A stretch of 64,000 nucleotides of DNA, taken from the NCBI GenBank assembly GCA_965649825.1, contig OZ287694.1, positions 1,425,197-1,489,196 of the forward strand. Direction: 5' to 3'. Position 1 is the stretch's first letter. The number at the start of each line of letters is the position of its first letter. Below, piece by piece: positions 61,526 through 64,000 of the stretch. The translations under genes were made by a program, and so were the position numbers. The notes beneath the pieces were generated by a model, which worked only from the letters and a program-made list of their open reading frames with translations, ran no database searches and had not been told where the DNA came from. Source of the DNA: Penicillus capitatus (Eukaryota; Plantae; Chlorophyta).

Positions 61526-64000
61526 ATGAACGGTGACTCCACAGAATGCCGTAATGAAGCACCACTGCTTCCACCAGAAGTGCGTCCAGACGAATCGGAT
61601 ACGGACGAAGATGAAAGTAATGCATGAATAGCTTGTCAGAGAGACCAGTCGGTTTGTCACGATTCTTTCTTCGACGCGGCCTTTGGGACTCCGTGCTTTC
61701 CGACGCGGCCTTTGGGACTCCGTGCTTTCCGACGCGGCCTTTGGGACTCCGTGCTTTCCGACGCGGCCTTTGGGACTCCCTCCGTGCTTTCCGACGCGGC
61801 CTTTGGGACTCCCTCCGTGCTTTCCGACGCGGCCTTTGGGACTCCCTGCTTTCCGACGCGGCCTTTGGGACTCCCTGCTTTCCGACGCGGCCTTTGGGAC
61901 TCCCTGCTTTCCGACGCGGCCTTTGGGACTCCCTGCTTTCCGACGCGGCCTTTGTGTCCCAGGTAGCGAAGAGAGTGGAGGTGACGTCCACGTTCCCTAC
62001 TGGACGAGAGAAGTAACGGAACGGTAAGTCCAAACGCAAGAACGTTTCGACCAATGAAAAAGCGTCTTCGTGGTAGTTTGATAATCGATTATGGACAAGG
62101 GGAAGTTTTCGGGCTGGATAACTCTAATGGCATTCCAATTCTATGCGACTCGATTATGCAGAAACACCCTGAGTGTACGTTGCTGTTGCTTGAGTACTTG
62201 AAGACATGCGGCGAGGATAAAATTATGCTTGGAGTACACGTAATGCTGAAGTGGGCGCTAAGCAACCGAGCCGAGGAGGTAGCGAGATTCCTCCTCGACT
62301 GTGTGGAAGCGAAGAGGTTGCCCGTGGACGAGTCCTTCCGCATTCTCGCCAACTGCCTCTTCCCTCTGATCGCAGAGTTTCCCGATCTTGCGAATCGCTA
62401 CATCAAGAACGACAGTTTCTCATTCGAGTACGGAAGATTCTCAGTTTCCCGTTCCCTGATTGATAAGAACAAGAATCGACCGATCGCTATGATAACAGAA
62501 GAGCCACCGGGCGGATTTACAATGACCGACACCGAAACGGTTAGGGATTTCTGGATAGAAAAATGCGTGGAGCACTCCGAAGACCTGAAGGAGGACTCGA
62601 CCGATTTTCAGGTCGAGATGGCAGCCAAGTTCTTCTGCGTTAAGGACCCTGCAATTCTGACAGCAGACGATCTCAGAGGAGAACATCTCTGTGTATGCCT
62701 CGACAGACAGGATTTCCCAGTGGAGTTTTTCGAATCCGAGGCACTGAAGAACTTGGTTGACTGGTGGTTTTGTTATCATTGCCAGCTGTACTATTTCTTC
62801 ATCTTCCTGGATGGCATAGCCACCTTGATCTTTACGATCTTTGCTTATATGTATGGGCACCAGGACAGCGTGGGAATAGCAAATCAGCAACTGTTGCTAG
62901 GACTGTCGATTTCTTCGATGATTCTTCGATATGGGAGCTTGTTCTTCTACTGGTCTTTTGCAAGGCGAGAAATCGTTTAGTCGTAATCTGCGAGCCAGCC
63001 TCTTAGATGGATGTGTGTAGGCTCAGCATCCTGTGTATCGAATGTACGCTCTTCATTCAGATCTGCATCACAACTCATTACTACAGTCACTCAGCCTTCC
63101 TGATATCCATCTGTTGTATCCTTCAGTGGATCTCGGTACTGTTCAGATTCGCACTCATCCGATTGTCTCGTAAGTGTGTTCGTTCTTGAACTCTAGATAT
63201 TCCGTCTGTCACAAGCATTTGATCGAATTGGGCCGTTCATCTCGATGGTGACTTCGGCAATCAAGGACTCGTGGCGATTTCTGCTGCTCGTGGCTGTTAT
63301 GATTCTTGGCTACTCGATCGCATTCATGGCCCTTTTCCAGAGCGGATCCATTGAAGATGAAGACAGCAACTTCAGCTCCCTTCCACGCACAATCGAGACC
63401 CTCCTCTACTCGTGCATCGGAAACTTCGAGGTTGACGTAAGTCCCTGTCCACTTCCCCTCCTATCTCCCAAATGCTGTGCTGTTTGTGTCGACGCAGATG
63501 TTTCGATCTTCGAAAAACTTTCTCACAGTATGGGCTACTCTGCTGTTCGCTTCCTTCGTCTATATTGGACCGATTATGCTGATCAGTCTGCTGATTGCCA
63601 TTCTGACGGACACGTACGACAGAGTCCATGCAAAGCATCAAGCAGAATTGAGAAAACTCCGACTCAGGATCGTCGCCAATTGTCAGCGTTCAGAGAGTAG
63701 CTCGATCAGACATCTCCTGTAAGTTCCTCCAAGATTTAGAAACATATTCGAAGTGACAACGTTTGACGGTGCTACAGGAAAGCAATAACAGGAGCTTATA
63801 GAGGAATTAACGCCCGTCTTTCCACCCCTGTCGAAACACCAAATATTTCACTCTACTACATGTTGCTTGATGAAGATCATTCTTGCTTCCACTATTTGGT
63901 TCCTGTTGAGGGCAGCGAATCAGAATCGCCTGTTGAAGAATGGCAAGGAAGAGTGATGGCATTCGAAAGGACCATCAAGTCTGAAGCTCAAAAGAACGCG
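61526..64000 (+). CDS. TRP-like cation channel, subtype C copy 3 (runs off the window)
   Basis: The first ATG of C2 (ggaaATGaca) reads ggaACGaca here, so the start is probably the second in-frame ATG at 61526. Same motifs as C1/C2. Confidence 0.82.
61672..61954 (+). repeat. 29/33-bp VNTR in intron 1 of C3 (units 29,29,29,33,33, then four variant 29-mers, plus partial)
   Basis: Nine full units, including a variant unit (...GACTCCCTGCTTTC) that is absent from C2. Confidence 0.97.

Larger units (their letters stand above)
16488..64000. repeat. Tandem segmental duplication with about 22.95-kb period: unit 1 about 16.5-38.5 kb, unit 2 about 38.5-61.5 kb, unit 3 begins about 61.5 kb
   Basis: Matching features at a near-constant offset: serpin 28179/51130, D 31085/54036, LTR element 34030/56980. 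The offset is 22950-22951 there and becomes 23032 after the intron-1 VNTR of C. Confidence 0.95.

Noticed and set aside
61410-62054. 214-aa and other repeat-rich ORFs (ESQRPRRKARR...) over the VNTRs
   Set aside because: They are by-products of stop-free repeat units in intron 1, differ between C2 and C3, and start at non-ATG codons.
1-64000. tRNA, rRNA or snRNA genes
   Set aside because: None were recognised by eye. The only tRNA-related sequence is the retroelement PBS. A tRNAscan/Infernal run would be needed to exclude them.

Overview
Eukaryotic nuclear DNA with many very short introns (about 43-70 nt, GT-AG plus some GC-AG) and the standard genetic code. It most likely comes from a chlorophyte green alga: it carries a plastid DUF3493/LPA1-type gene and a plant-type Twinkle, plus TRP-like channels, which land plants lack. 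The species cannot be determined from the sequence. Bases 1-1.9 kb contain nothing I could assign. Bases 1.9-7.1 kb are a compact conserved block: CAF1 (-), LPA1-like (+), Twinkle (-). The CAF1 has three of its four DEDD catalytic acids replaced by amides (NTQF...D...N), so it looks like a pseudo-deadenylase. From about 7.15 kb to the end is a dynamic accessory array of nine ankyrin-like/6TM TRP-type channel genes in five subtypes (A, B, C1-3, D1-2, E1-2). The array also holds two inhibitory-type serpins, CPSF73 gene relics, solo-LTR-like inserts and a Ty3/Gypsy-type element whose single ORF encodes only Gag plus integrase. A roughly 22.95-kb module [C - spacer - E(-) - serpin(-) - D - LTR element] is tandemly repeated twice, with a third C copy starting at 61.5 kb. 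The copies show patchwork identity, intron-1 VNTRs that differ in copy number, and hypervariable S1-S2 loops. All family assignments come from motif recognition by eye, and identity levels are visual estimates; no database search was run.
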